Below are positions 1 through 7,960 of a DNA stretch of 64,000 nucleotides, piece after piece. The first letter of the stretch is position 1. Each line of letters begins with the position of its first letter. The notes beneath the pieces were generated by a model, which saw only the letters and a program-made list of their open reading frames with translations, made no database searches and was not told the origin of the DNA. The position numbers and the translations under genes were made by a program. The stretch is from a virus, in IMG/VR virus record IMGVR_UViG_3300032401_001693, positions 37,812 through 101,811 of that record; one strand, 5' to 3'.

Positions 1-2
1 TT

Positions 3-671
3 TATTCTTTTGATCATCAGGATCCTAAGATTTTGATATTAGCTGGTTTCCATGGGGAAGAGGTGGCAGGTCCCTGGGCTATTCTCAAATGGTTGAACAC
101 TCAATGTGATGAGAAATGGTTGGATAAGGTGGATGTGTCAATCATACCTATAGTGAACTCTTATGGATTTGCTAGGAGAAAGCGCTACGGTTCACAGGGA
201 ATAAAAACTAATTCTGGTTTTTGTCATACTGAGAAAACTGGGGAACAGCTTTCTCCAGAAGGTAAGATACTGATGGATAATATAAGTATTATCCGTCCAT
301 TGGCTCAGGACGGATTTTTGTCACTTCATGAGGATGTGACTACTAAGGAATACTATTTGTATACGTTTGAACATGGTACCAGATCGGGTAGATTTACTAG
401 CGGGCTTAAAAGGGAGCTGTGTAAGTATTTTCCTAAGGCGTTTGAAGGAATAGCCTATACTGATGCCAGTGAAAAAGAGAAAGGGCCTATATGTAAAAAA
501 GGGATAGTTTACAAATTTTGTGATGGTTCGTTTGAGGATTTTATGTTTCATTCAGGGGTGCCACGGGTTGCAGTATCGGAAACGCCCGGAAAATATAAAT
601 TGCAACGTAGAGTGAATGCAGGAGTTGGAATTATACAGAAATTTCTAGAGTTATGTTTAAAGGAGCGGTAG
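3..671 (+). CDS. M14-type zinc carboxypeptidase / succinylglutamate desuccinylase-like protein (5' end outside window)
   Basis: Motifs GFHGEE (HxxE), PIVNSYG, LSLHED and a C-terminal SETP. The frame is open back to position 3, so the TTG at 33 is probably not the real start. Confidence 0.7.
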   Translation, partial: YSFDHQDPKILILAGFHGEEVAGPWAILKWLNTQCDEKWLDKVDVSIIPIVNSYGFARRKRYGSQGIKTNSGFCHTEKTGEQLSPEGKILMDNISIIRPLAQDGFLSLHEDVTTKEYYLYTFEHGTRSGRFTSGLKRELCKYFPKAFEGIAYTDASEKEKGPICKKGIVYKFCDGSFEDFMFHSGVPRVAVSETPGKYKLQRRVNAGVGIIQKFLELCLKER

Positions 672-675
672 AGTT

Positions 676-891
676 TTGATAGTTGATAAGTTGTATAAGA
701 GGGAAATTGTAAAAGTCTTGAAAGCTGATATGTCTTCACATAATCATACGGTTGCAGTAGATGCCAAAATGAATGCAATGTTTGTAACATGGTCGTTAGT
801 CGAAGACTTGGAGTTGAATCCCGGTGATGAGATGACGGTGGATGTTAGAATTCTTGTCGAAAGGAGAAGCGACATGGGGAAGCAATTTTAA
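676..891 (+). CDS. hypothetical protein
   Basis: 71-aa ORF fitting the tight + strand gene packing. Confidence 0.45.
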   Translation: MIVDKLYKREIVKVLKADMSSHNHTVAVDAKMNAMFVTWSLVEDLELNPGDEMTVDVRILVERRSDMGKQF

Positions 892-981
892 TAATAGCGT
901 CTGTGATTGTTATGGGTTTTATATTTTTGCTGCTATTATTTTTAGGGTTTAAACTTGTAGGGTTGAAACGTTGGAGGTGAT

Positions 982-1404
982 ATGAAAAACGAATTTTTTG
1001 TTAGCAAGTGTTGTAGAGCTGAGGCGCAGATTGTATTTTCAGACTTTCCTGATTTTATAGGAGATGATCCGAAAAAACAGAAAGTTGGGACTTCTTGGTT
1101 TAGGTGTACTAAATGCGATAAGCCTTGTGATATTCTACCTTTAGAAGAGGTTTTTAAGAAAGAGGAACCAGAGAAAGATCTATGGAAGTGGTCGCTTACT
1201 ATAACGCACGTTGATAACGGCTATCTGCTAGAAGGGCTTTCGTCAAATATGGGTGTTCCTATGAGTATGGTTATAGAAGATGACGAAGAGGACGAGCTTA
1301 AAAGCCATGAGTCGTTACTTTGGCAGGTAATGGAGTATTTTAATTTTGGTGGTTCGAAGCATGATCCAGTTCGTTTGAGGATCATAAGGGAGAAAAAGAA
1401 ATGA
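982..1404 (+). CDS. hypothetical protein with N-terminal Cys cluster (possible Zn finger)
   Basis: GGAGG RBS; SKCC...RCTKCDKPC; overlaps the next gene (ATGA). Confidence 0.6.
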   Translation: MKNEFFVSKCCRAEAQIVFSDFPDFIGDDPKKQKVGTSWFRCTKCDKPCDILPLEEVFKKEEPEKDLWKWSLTITHVDNGYLLEGLSSNMGVPMSMVIEDDEEDELKSHESLLWQVMEYFNFGGSKHDPVRLRIIREKKK

Positions 1405-1967
1405 ACTACGTAATTCTAAAAAAGTCTGTGGAAGGAAAGGTAATAGAGTTTCTTGCTGACAATCCAAATCCACCTGATAAGAAGATTCATGACTTGTCGG
1501 ATAGGCTGAAGATTAAAACAGACAAGTTTGAGGCGAAGATCTATGGGGTGCTTAGTGATGTTATTGAGCATGGAAATGGAGTAAAAGCTGACCCAAAAGA
1601 GTTAGCTATGGGTATCAAAATAGAAATGGAGCATACTAAGTATCCAGAACTTGCTAAATACATTTCTTTGGCCCATTTGAAAGAGATACCGGACTACTAT
1701 ACACGCCTTAAGAAGATGGAAGAGGAAGCAAAAAGTATTAATAAAGCAGTAAAAGATTCTAAAACTATTACGATAAAGTGTTCTAAGCAAGCTTCGGAAG
1801 ATCTTATTAGATTATTAGAACATTTGAAAGTATGGGGAAATATAGGACATTCTGGTAGTATACTGGCTGATCCGCCCTATGGTATTAAGGTTCCTAAAGA
1901 TGGTAAAATGTTTGGTTTCGATGGTGACGGTTCGTCAAAGATTTGGAGTATAAAAGAATCCGAATGA
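1401..1967 (+). CDS. leader-tagged (MNYVILKK^S) protein with a DUF5661-like domain; candidate internal head protein
   Basis: Shared leader; ELAMGIKIEMEHT...AHLKEIPDYYTRLKKME resembles DUF5661 (from memory); internal INK^A separates a second small domain. Confidence 0.6.
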   Translation: MNYVILKKSVEGKVIEFLADNPNPPDKKIHDLSDRLKIKTDKFEAKIYGVLSDVIEHGNGVKADPKELAMGIKIEMEHTKYPELAKYISLAHLKEIPDYYTRLKKMEEEAKSINKAVKDSKTITIKCSKQASEDLIRLLEHLKVWGNIGHSGSILADPPYGIKVPKDGKMFGFDGDGSSKIWSIKESE

Positions 1968-3991
1968 ACTACGTAGTCTTAGAAAAAGCTAAACCATATT
2001 TTAGAACTCGTAAGGGAAAGAGGGAGTTTGTGAGAGGTTATGTTTCACGAGTTGCTGTTCTGCCAACTCCAGAGCAACAGGAGCAGGGCAAGACGGGGCT
2101 AATGGAGTATTTAGAAGCTGTAACTAAGATGTTTCCTAAAGAAGCTAAACGGGAAGGCCGTGAGTACTCCAGTGTTGAGGAGTTTGTTCTTAAGCATGGT
2201 AAGTTTTATACACCTAAGGAGCTTCCCAAAAATGTTCTAGAGGGTAAGGTAAAAGACTGTTATATGAATGCTTGGCATTTGGCTACGGAAAGAAAAGATC
2301 TGACCTATGTGGAGGGGTATGCAGCCAGTGTGATACCTGTTATGCACGCTTGGTGTGTAGACAAGCAGGGGAATGTTATTGATCCAACATGGGGAACTGG
2401 TAAAGCATACTACGGTGTTCCTTTTACGACTGACTATATTATGAAGACTGCTATGAGAAGGAAGTATTTTGGGATTTTAGACAACTATCAGGAGGGCTAT
2501 CCTCTTTTAAAGGAGAGACCAAAAGAGGGTGTGATAGAAAAGTCCTACCATGTTGTTATGGAAAAGGCTACTCAAACTGGGCATAAAGCCTATGCTAGGA
2601 GTGTTAAGGGTAAGCTTCAACAGATTAAGCCAAAGGGATTTGTAAGGAAGCCTATTCCTAAGCGTAGGGAGAATGTTGTAGAGACTGTGGTTAGAAGTCA
2701 AGCTAGGAGAAAGGCTGTTCAGAGAGAAGAACCTATGCCAGAGTTTGATCAAACTACTGATATGCTTTCTGAGGCAACCGAAAAGTTGAAAGAGCAGTTT
2801 GATATAGATAAAAAACATTTTGAAGGGACTATTTCTTATCAAGAGATTAAATCTCAGATGGATAAGAATCTGAAAGAGATAAGGACTGAGAATTCTAAAA
2901 TTAGAGAAGTTTCTGGTTTTATGGATACCGATAATGCTAGGTCAATAGCTGCTAATATGAGAAATGAGTTAACAGTATATACTAAGTATCTAGCAGGTGA
3001 TTCTGTTGATCTTATGCATAAGTTTGTTAGTCTAACTGAGACTACTATTGAGAACGAGGATCTTAAAGGGATTGATGCTAAATATCTGAGCGACATGTGT
3101 GTAGATAGTATAAAGAAGCTGGTACACCAGGAGATAGAATCTAATAGGCAACAGTTTACTGACCACGGTGTTAGACATATAGTTAAGAATATACTTAACC
3201 AGAAAGATATGTTAGATTTACTTCAATCTTCTGGAATAACTGTTTCTCCTAAAGATAGGCTTTTGGCTATTTTTGTTATGATAAATCATGATGTTGGTTA
3301 TACAACTCCAGTGATTAGAGGTGGTGGCATAGAAGGAATAAAGGCTACTAAGCAGCATGGTGTCTATGGTAAGAAAATAGCAGAAGAGCAAAAGGATTTA
3401 TGGAATGTTGATAAGATATTTAGTGAGGAAGAGTATAATAGGGGGTTGGATATAATCGAAACCCATGATTCTGTGGATATGGATACTAAAGATCCTGTGG
3501 CTTTGACTACTAGGATTGCTGATAACTTGTCTCTATTCCAAAAAGAGAAACTTCCCTCAATGTTTGAGTATGTAGAAGGAGCAGAAAGGCTTCTAGTAGC
3601 GATGGGAGTGGCCGCTAAAAAAGACGAGAAAGAGGGATTTGAGAAATACAGAGATCAGTTGTACAAAAAAATAGATAAGGCTAAGTTCAGTCCAGCTTTA
3701 AAACGGGATTTAAAAGCTGGGTGTAAAGAAATTAGTTTCCTTACTCCTAAGTTTACGGTAGGTGTTTTAGCAGGTGAGATAAGTAAGATAGGTAAGTCTG
3801 ATAAGAGTCTTATCCAAGTGACTATAAAGCATAATAAGTTTGATGAAACATTACAGAAGCTCTTTGATGTGGGACAGCAGCAGGTAACGAAGCTACTAAA
3901 AGATTATGGTGAAACTGATTTCTCAAAGACTGAGTACCATTTAGGGAAGTATGGAGATAAGTCAATTTTGGAGTTAAAGGTAGAGAAATGA
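1964..3991 (+). CDS. tagged two-domain cargo protein: papain/transglutaminase-like (Cys-His-Asp) domain plus HD phosphohydrolase domain
   Basis: Start reassigned to ATG 1964 (ATGA overlap), MNYVVLEK^AKPYFRTRKGKREFVRGY. Domain 1: DCYMNA...YVEGYA...HAWCVD...IDPTW. Second tag VMEK^A...KAYARSVKGK. Domain 2: TDHGVRH...NHDVGY...HG...ETHDS...RIADNL. Confidence 0.7.
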   Translation: MNYVVLEKAKPYFRTRKGKREFVRGYVSRVAVLPTPEQQEQGKTGLMEYLEAVTKMFPKEAKREGREYSSVEEFVLKHGKFYTPKELPKNVLEGKVKDCYMNAWHLATERKDLTYVEGYAASVIPVMHAWCVDKQGNVIDPTWGTGKAYYGVPFTTDYIMKTAMRRKYFGILDNYQEGYPLLKERPKEGVIEKSYHVVMEKATQTGHKAYARSVKGKLQQIKPKGFVRKPIPKRRENVVETVVRSQARRKAVQREEPMPEFDQTTDMLSEATEKLKEQFDIDKKHFEGTISYQEIKSQMDKNLKEIRTENSKIREVSGFMDTDNARSIAANMRNELTVYTKYLAGDSVDLMHKFVSLTETTIENEDLKGIDAKYLSDMCVDSIKKLVHQEIESNRQQFTDHGVRHIVKNILNQKDMLDLLQSSGITVSPKDRLLAIFVMINHDVGYTTPVIRGGGIEGIKATKQHGVYGKKIAEEQKDLWNVDKIFSEEEYNRGLDIIETHDSVDMDTKDPVALTTRIADNLSLFQKEKLPSMFEYVEGAERLLVAMGVAAKKDEKEGFEKYRDQLYKKIDKAKFSPALKRDLKAGCKEISFLTPKFTVGVLAGEISKIGKSDKSLIQVTIKHNKFDETLQKLFDVGQQQVTKLLKDYGETDFSKTEYHLGKYGDKSILELKVEK

Positions 3992-4170
3992 GTAGTGAGA
4001 TTCTAAATTTTCTTATATTAGTAGTGAGTGTGCTTTTGAATGTAATTCTTATTGCTCTAACTATTCTAGCATTTCAGGCTTGGGAACATACTTTACTAGG
4101 TTTTGTATTTTTGACTGCGGTTTTTATGGTAACTTTTGGGATTTATAAGATGCTGGAAAGAGCTGGATGA
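3988..4170 (+). CDS. small membrane protein (two hydrophobic segments)
   Basis: 60 aa, two long hydrophobic stretches, ATGA-coupled at both ends. Confidence 0.6.
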   Translation: MSSEILNFLILVVSVLLNVILIALTILAFQAWEHTLLGFVFLTAVFMVTFGIYKMLERAG

Positions 4171-4700
4171 ACTACGTAATATTAGAAAAATCTCAGGTTA
4201 AAGGATTTACTAGGACTAGAAAAGGTAAGATGGAGAGAGTAAATCCTTTTTCAAGGAAGGGTGAGAAAAAAGTTAAATCTGTAGTTTTTCTTCATGGCAC
4301 GACTACTGCTGTTTTGGAAAGTATACTGAAACATGGGTTAACAGCAAAGGCAGCAAGAATGTCTGTATTTATAGATACGAAACAGGGATTTAAGAGAGGG
4401 GTATTTCTTACGTCCGATAGAAAAACTGCTGAGGCGTTTGCTTCTACGGCTTGGAGAGAGAAAGGAACCACATCGGTAGTTTTAGAGATTAAGATTCCAG
4501 ACGGCGAGAAATTGTATGGTGATCCTCCTCATAGTTCTAGGTTTCATGTAGGGAATATTCCGGCCTCTTGGATAAAAGCCTATTCTATACAAAGTTCAGG
4601 CAGAAAATGGTCACGCACTCTTGTTAAGTCAAAACAGGAGCAAATTTTCTTTGTTCCTGTAGTTATTGTTAATACAAAGGAGAAAGAAAATGATAAGTGA
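4167..4700 (+). CDS. tagged ADP-ribosyltransferase-fold protein (Tpt1/KptA- or PARP-like NAD-binding core)
   Basis: MNYVILEK^SQVKGFTRTRKGKMERVNPF tag, then FLHGTT..LESILKHGL...GVFLTSD...AEAFA...VVLEI...IPASWI. Confidence 0.65.
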   Translation: MNYVILEKSQVKGFTRTRKGKMERVNPFSRKGEKKVKSVVFLHGTTTAVLESILKHGLTAKAARMSVFIDTKQGFKRGVFLTSDRKTAEAFASTAWREKGTTSVVLEIKIPDGEKLYGDPPHSSRFHVGNIPASWIKAYSIQSSGRKWSRTLVKSKQEQIFFVPVVIVNTKEKENDK

Positions 4701-4890
4701 ACCAATTTTGACTGGAGACTGGAGCAACTGCGCAGTTATTCAACCTAAGAGATCTAGGATGAGGTGGTGTCCCACCTGCCAGGAACTGCATGATAAAGGA
4801 TCTTTTCTTAGATTTCATGGTAGCACAATGGGTTGTATGACAAAGGGTAGGAGTAAAGCTATGGCAAAGATAAAAGGTAGTAGCAAATAA
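4690..4890 (+). CDS. small hypothetical protein (CxxC...H...C)
   Basis: ATG 4690 after AGGAG; WCPTCQELH motif. Confidence 0.45.
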   Translation: MISEPILTGDWSNCAVIQPKRSRMRWCPTCQELHDKGSFLRFHGSTMGCMTKGRSKAMAKIKGSSK

Positions 4891-4904
4891 AAGGAGGTAG
4901 ATAG

Positions 4905-5312
4905 GTGGCAGAAAAAGTTTGGAGAGATGTAAGTATCGGGAAGGTTACAAGACCCATGTTGTGCCCAGATCTGGTAAGGCAGCGATGTGCGGTCGAATTT
5001 GTTACCGATCTAGGTATGAATGACTTTCCTTTTATGGAAGGCTATTTAGTTTCATTTCTAAAGGAGCTGAGTGTGGGTTTAGGAATGAAAATCTTCATGG
5101 GTCCAGTTGTAGGGAATGATCTGAATGAAGACACAAGGGAAAGTGGTCCTTCCGCATTTGTTGGTTGGACTACTAGTGGGGCTCAAGTTCATTGCTGGCC
5201 ATTCAGAGGATTTGTCTCAGTGGACGTATACTCGTGCAAAAGATATAATGTAGAGTTGGTTTTGAATCTGATCAAGGAGTACTTTAAACCTGTAGAATTG
5301 GTTATTTTTTAA
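4905..5312 (+). CDS. S-adenosylmethionine decarboxylase (class 1B SpeD-fold)-like protein
   Basis: AGGAGG RBS; LGMKIF..P...G.SAFVGWTTSGAQVHCWP..GFVSVDVYSCK..N....L..IKEYFKP matches the fold pattern. The usual E-S-H site reads T-S-G. Confidence 0.65.
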   Translation: MAEKVWRDVSIGKVTRPMLCPDLVRQRCAVEFVTDLGMNDFPFMEGYLVSFLKELSVGLGMKIFMGPVVGNDLNEDTRESGPSAFVGWTTSGAQVHCWPFRGFVSVDVYSCKRYNVELVLNLIKEYFKPVELVIF

Positions 5313-5325
5313 AGGAGGTGAGAGT

Positions 5326-5553
5326 ATGAAGAAACTGGAAAAGAAGAATGAGGAGGTTGGTATTCTAAAGATTTTGAAGGAAACTCCGGAAAAATGGGTC
5401 AAAATAGACGTTGAGATGAGTGATTCTTTAGTAGCTGCATTGATAGGTTATGCTAGGGAGAGGATGACTGATGAGGACATAAAAGAATATCTCATAAACT
5501 GGTCATTTATAGATATTCTGAAAAAGCAGATTGCAAGGGAGAAGAGAAAATGA
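5326..5553 (+). CDS. hypothetical protein
   Basis: AGGAGGTG RBS, 75 aa. Confidence 0.6.
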   Translation: MKKLEKKNEEVGILKILKETPEKWVKIDVEMSDSLVAALIGYARERMTDEDIKEYLINWSFIDILKKQIAREKRK

Positions 5554-5828
5554 AAAAGACGATAGTGATGCTATTTCTTATGTTGGGGATTACTTTTATT
5601 TATAACCCTCAGACGAATGTCGGGTTTGTTTACATCAACGATGCAGATTTTAATGGGATCATTATGGTAGATACGTCTACCAATGTTTTGCGTTATTACA
5701 AGGCTGTAATTTTTCACGAAGAGCGGATGAACTTTGACAAGTGGCTACAGGATAAGGTTGATAAGGGATTTCCATTCAAGTCGTCTATTATTCCGTTTGG
5801 GAGGCAGTATGAACAAAAAAGGTACTAA
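5550..5828 (+). CDS. hypothetical protein with N-terminal signal or membrane segment
   Basis: MKKTIVMLFLMLGITFIY N-terminus; ATGA overlap. Confidence 0.55.
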   Translation: MKKTIVMLFLMLGITFIYNPQTNVGFVYINDADFNGIIMVDTSTNVLRYYKAVIFHEERMNFDKWLQDKVDKGFPFKSSIIPFGRQYEQKRY

Positions 5829-6240
5829 GCCAAAGAAAGAAGTTGTTGAGATGTCTAATGGAAAGAAAGTTCTTGGAGTCCAAGCCAGCCTGAAAAATTT
5901 ACTAATCGCTACAGCATTGTTGTTTGGTTTCTTAGGTGGATTTTTCCAGGTTTATAGTTGGATAGATAATACATATCTTAGAGCCAAACATTTTCAGGAG
6001 GTTGATGCCCTTAGGAAGAAGTTTATAGAAAATGTTTCTGATAGACTGGATTTTAAGAGTGAAAGTGATCTTCTAAATGCCTGGTATATTAGGTATTCTA
6101 CGTTGGATAATCTTTTTAAGATGACACCAGATAGAAGCAAAATACCAGCAGAAACTATGGCAGAGTATAACGAGTTGCCAGGAAGGATAAAATTGCAGGA
6201 GTTGAAGGTAAAAGCACTGCAGGAGAAACTCTGTAAGTGA
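5809..6240 (+). CDS. single-pass membrane protein
   Basis: Start reassigned to ATG 5809 (GGGAGG RBS); hydrophobic LLIATALLFGFLGGFFQVYSWI. Confidence 0.55.
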   Translation: MNKKGTKPKKEVVEMSNGKKVLGVQASLKNLLIATALLFGFLGGFFQVYSWIDNTYLRAKHFQEVDALRKKFIENVSDRLDFKSESDLLNAWYIRYSTLDNLFKMTPDRSKIPAETMAEYNELPGRIKLQELKVKALQEKLCK

Positions 6241-6249
6241 GGGTAAAAA

Positions 6250-6414
6250 ATGGAAGAAAAATGCGCAGTATCTAATAAATGTACTCCACTTTGTTCTGGA
6301 TATAAAGAACGAGGGCAGTGTCCTGCTTGGTATCAGGCGGAGAAAAAGAAGAAGTGGGATAGGAAGAGGAAGGATGAATTTCGTTATACTAGAAAAAGCT
6401 CAAGTTCGAGTTAA
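6250..6414 (+). CDS. small 4-Cys hypothetical protein (54 aa, not in ORF track)
   Basis: MEEKCAVSNKCTPLCSGYKERGQCPAWY... fills the gap between genes; GAGGG upstream. Confidence 0.4.
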   Translation: MEEKCAVSNKCTPLCSGYKERGQCPAWYQAEKKKKWDRKRKDEFRYTRKSSSSS

Positions 6415-6556
6415 ACCCCATACTGCAACTATTAGGGGTAAAATAGTTCAAGTGAGGCAGTATACTAGGACTGATTCTAGGGAGAGGTCTTTGGATGAGA
6501 GGACTACTGGATTACTGGAGGTTGGGGCCTATCCAAAGCTGCCGGAAGAAAGGTAA
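6374..6556 (+). CDS. tag-bearing N-terminal segment, probably the 5' part of the GNAT gene (frame break near 6545)
   Basis: MNFVILEK^AQVRVKPHTATIRGKIVQVRQYTR; stops at AGG TAA while the +1 frame continues into the GNAT. Confidence 0.55.
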   Translation: MNFVILEKAQVRVKPHTATIRGKIVQVRQYTRTDSRERSLDERTTGLLEVGAYPKLPEER

Positions 6557-7250
6557 ACTGGATGATATTGAAAAGTTTAATGTTAAGGTTGCAAATGAAA
6601 AAATGACTAAAGAGAAAATACTTAATGCTTTTGTTTTAGATATACCTGATGCAGATAATGATGTGGGTATTAAAGCGGCATTTTGGGACGAAAACGATCT
6701 AGATGTTCAGGTTCAGTATCGTGTTAATAGAAAACATGCAGGAAGGAGCCATCTATACATCTACTATGATCCAAAAATAGATGGGTATGTCTGTTCTTTC
6801 TCTCTTATGGAGCTGGAGGCAGGATTTCAATCTCAGGGTTATGGACACAAGTTTTTTAAGAGATTGGAAACTAATTTGAAATCTTGGGGTGTTAAAGAGA
6901 TAAGGCTTTTTGCCGATCTGGATGTTGGTGGATATGCCTGGGCTAGGTTTGGGTTTGACTTTTTGAACGCTCAAGCAAGAAAGATGACAGTTAATGGGTT
7001 TATTAGAGTTCTAAATCTTGAGTATAACATTCAGGAGGATGCTGACAAGTTTAACCATCCTTGGGAAGTTGCAGTCTACAAAGGTCCCAATGGAGAGCCG
7101 ATAGGAAAGAAGTTTCTTTTGGGACAAACAAGGTTTATGACGGGCCATGATTGGTTGGCTAGTAAGACTTTAGATGAAAATAGTCTTGGTTGGAAAGTAG
7201 GAGAGGACTATGAAAGATCAAAAGCCAAAGTTGGGACCGCTACAGCATAA
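6495..7250 (+). CDS. GNAT-family acetyltransferase
   Basis: Acetyl-CoA motif LEAGFQSQGYGHKFF, then GVKEIRLFADLDVGGYAWARFGF. Confidence 0.7.
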   Translation: MRGLLDYWRLGPIQSCRKKGKLDDIEKFNVKVANEKMTKEKILNAFVLDIPDADNDVGIKAAFWDENDLDVQVQYRVNRKHAGRSHLYIYYDPKIDGYVCSFSLMELEAGFQSQGYGHKFFKRLETNLKSWGVKEIRLFADLDVGGYAWARFGFDFLNAQARKMTVNGFIRVLNLEYNIQEDADKFNHPWEVAVYKGPNGEPIGKKFLLGQTRFMTGHDWLASKTLDENSLGWKVGEDYERSKAKVGTATA

Positions 7251-7479
7251 AAGCACAGACGATCGAAAGTTCCACGATCCAATAGACTCTAAAGCTGATG
7301 AGCTCTGGAGGAATAGAATCGCAAAATTGTCTGAGCCCAAATTGGTAATAATAGAAAAAGCTGGAAGAGTAAAAATGGGGCAAGAGGAAAAGAAAAGGCG
7401 GGGTAGGGCTAAGGCTATTGAGAAAAGGGCTGAGAAAAGGGAAGATATAGAGGCTTATGGAGAGGCGTTAGAAGATTAG
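7210..7479 (+). CDS. basic hypothetical protein with internal LVIIEK^A site
   Basis: GAGGA RBS; carries the shared cleavage-like motif. Confidence 0.5.
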   Translation: MKDQKPKLGPLQHKSTDDRKFHDPIDSKADELWRNRIAKLSEPKLVIIEKAGRVKMGQEEKKRRGRAKAIEKRAEKREDIEAYGEALED

Positions 7480-7574
7480 AAATGAGTGTTTAACCTTTAA
7501 TTAATTGAGGGTAAACTCTAAAGTATATGGTGGCCAGATATTTGCGTAAGAGCAGGTATTCACGGAGTTAGTGG

Positions 7575-7913
7575 ATGTGGATCAAGATAAGAAAACTAAA
7601 TAAAGCTATTTATCCTGGAAATTTAGGTTTGGTAGAAATGCATCAGTTTGTCAAGGAAGCTCCTGTGGGTCAGGCTGAGAAGTTTGTTCAACTACTGAAA
7701 CAGGATAAAACTAGAGAAGCTGTAAAAATGTTGGAAGAGTTCACAAAAAAGAAGTTCCATCCGTCTATTCATGGCCTAAATCTTTTGCCTTCTCATAAGG
7801 ATCCCAAAAAGAAGAGATGGCAGCATGTACTTTTACAAAAAGCTAAACCATATACTAGAACTCGTAAAGGCAAGTTTGAGAGAGTAAAGGGCTATAACAA
7901 AGGCTTGGAATAA
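7575..7913 (+). CDS. small tagged protein (LNK^A near N-terminus; full tag at C-terminus)
   Basis: KLNK^AIYPGNLGLVEM...HVLLQK^AKPYTRTRKGKFERVKGY. Confidence 0.6.
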   Translation: MWIKIRKLNKAIYPGNLGLVEMHQFVKEAPVGQAEKFVQLLKQDKTREAVKMLEEFTKKKFHPSIHGLNLLPSHKDPKKKRWQHVLLQKAKPYTRTRKGKFERVKGYNKGLE

Positions 7914-7960
7914 ACTAGCTAGAAAATTTCAATTTACATATATAGGAAATGAGAAAGTAG

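Noticed and set aside
874-980. Possible small membrane gene with ATG 874 out of frame with a hydrophobic run
   Set aside because: It needs an indel in a GGGG run or a later weak start and is too short to support. Noted as a sign that homopolymer errors may exist in this assembly.
7484-7530. Imperfect hairpin and weak similarity to the 37.6/59.9 kb repeat
   Set aside because: The stem has several bulges and no U-tract, and block spacing does not match the other two copies.
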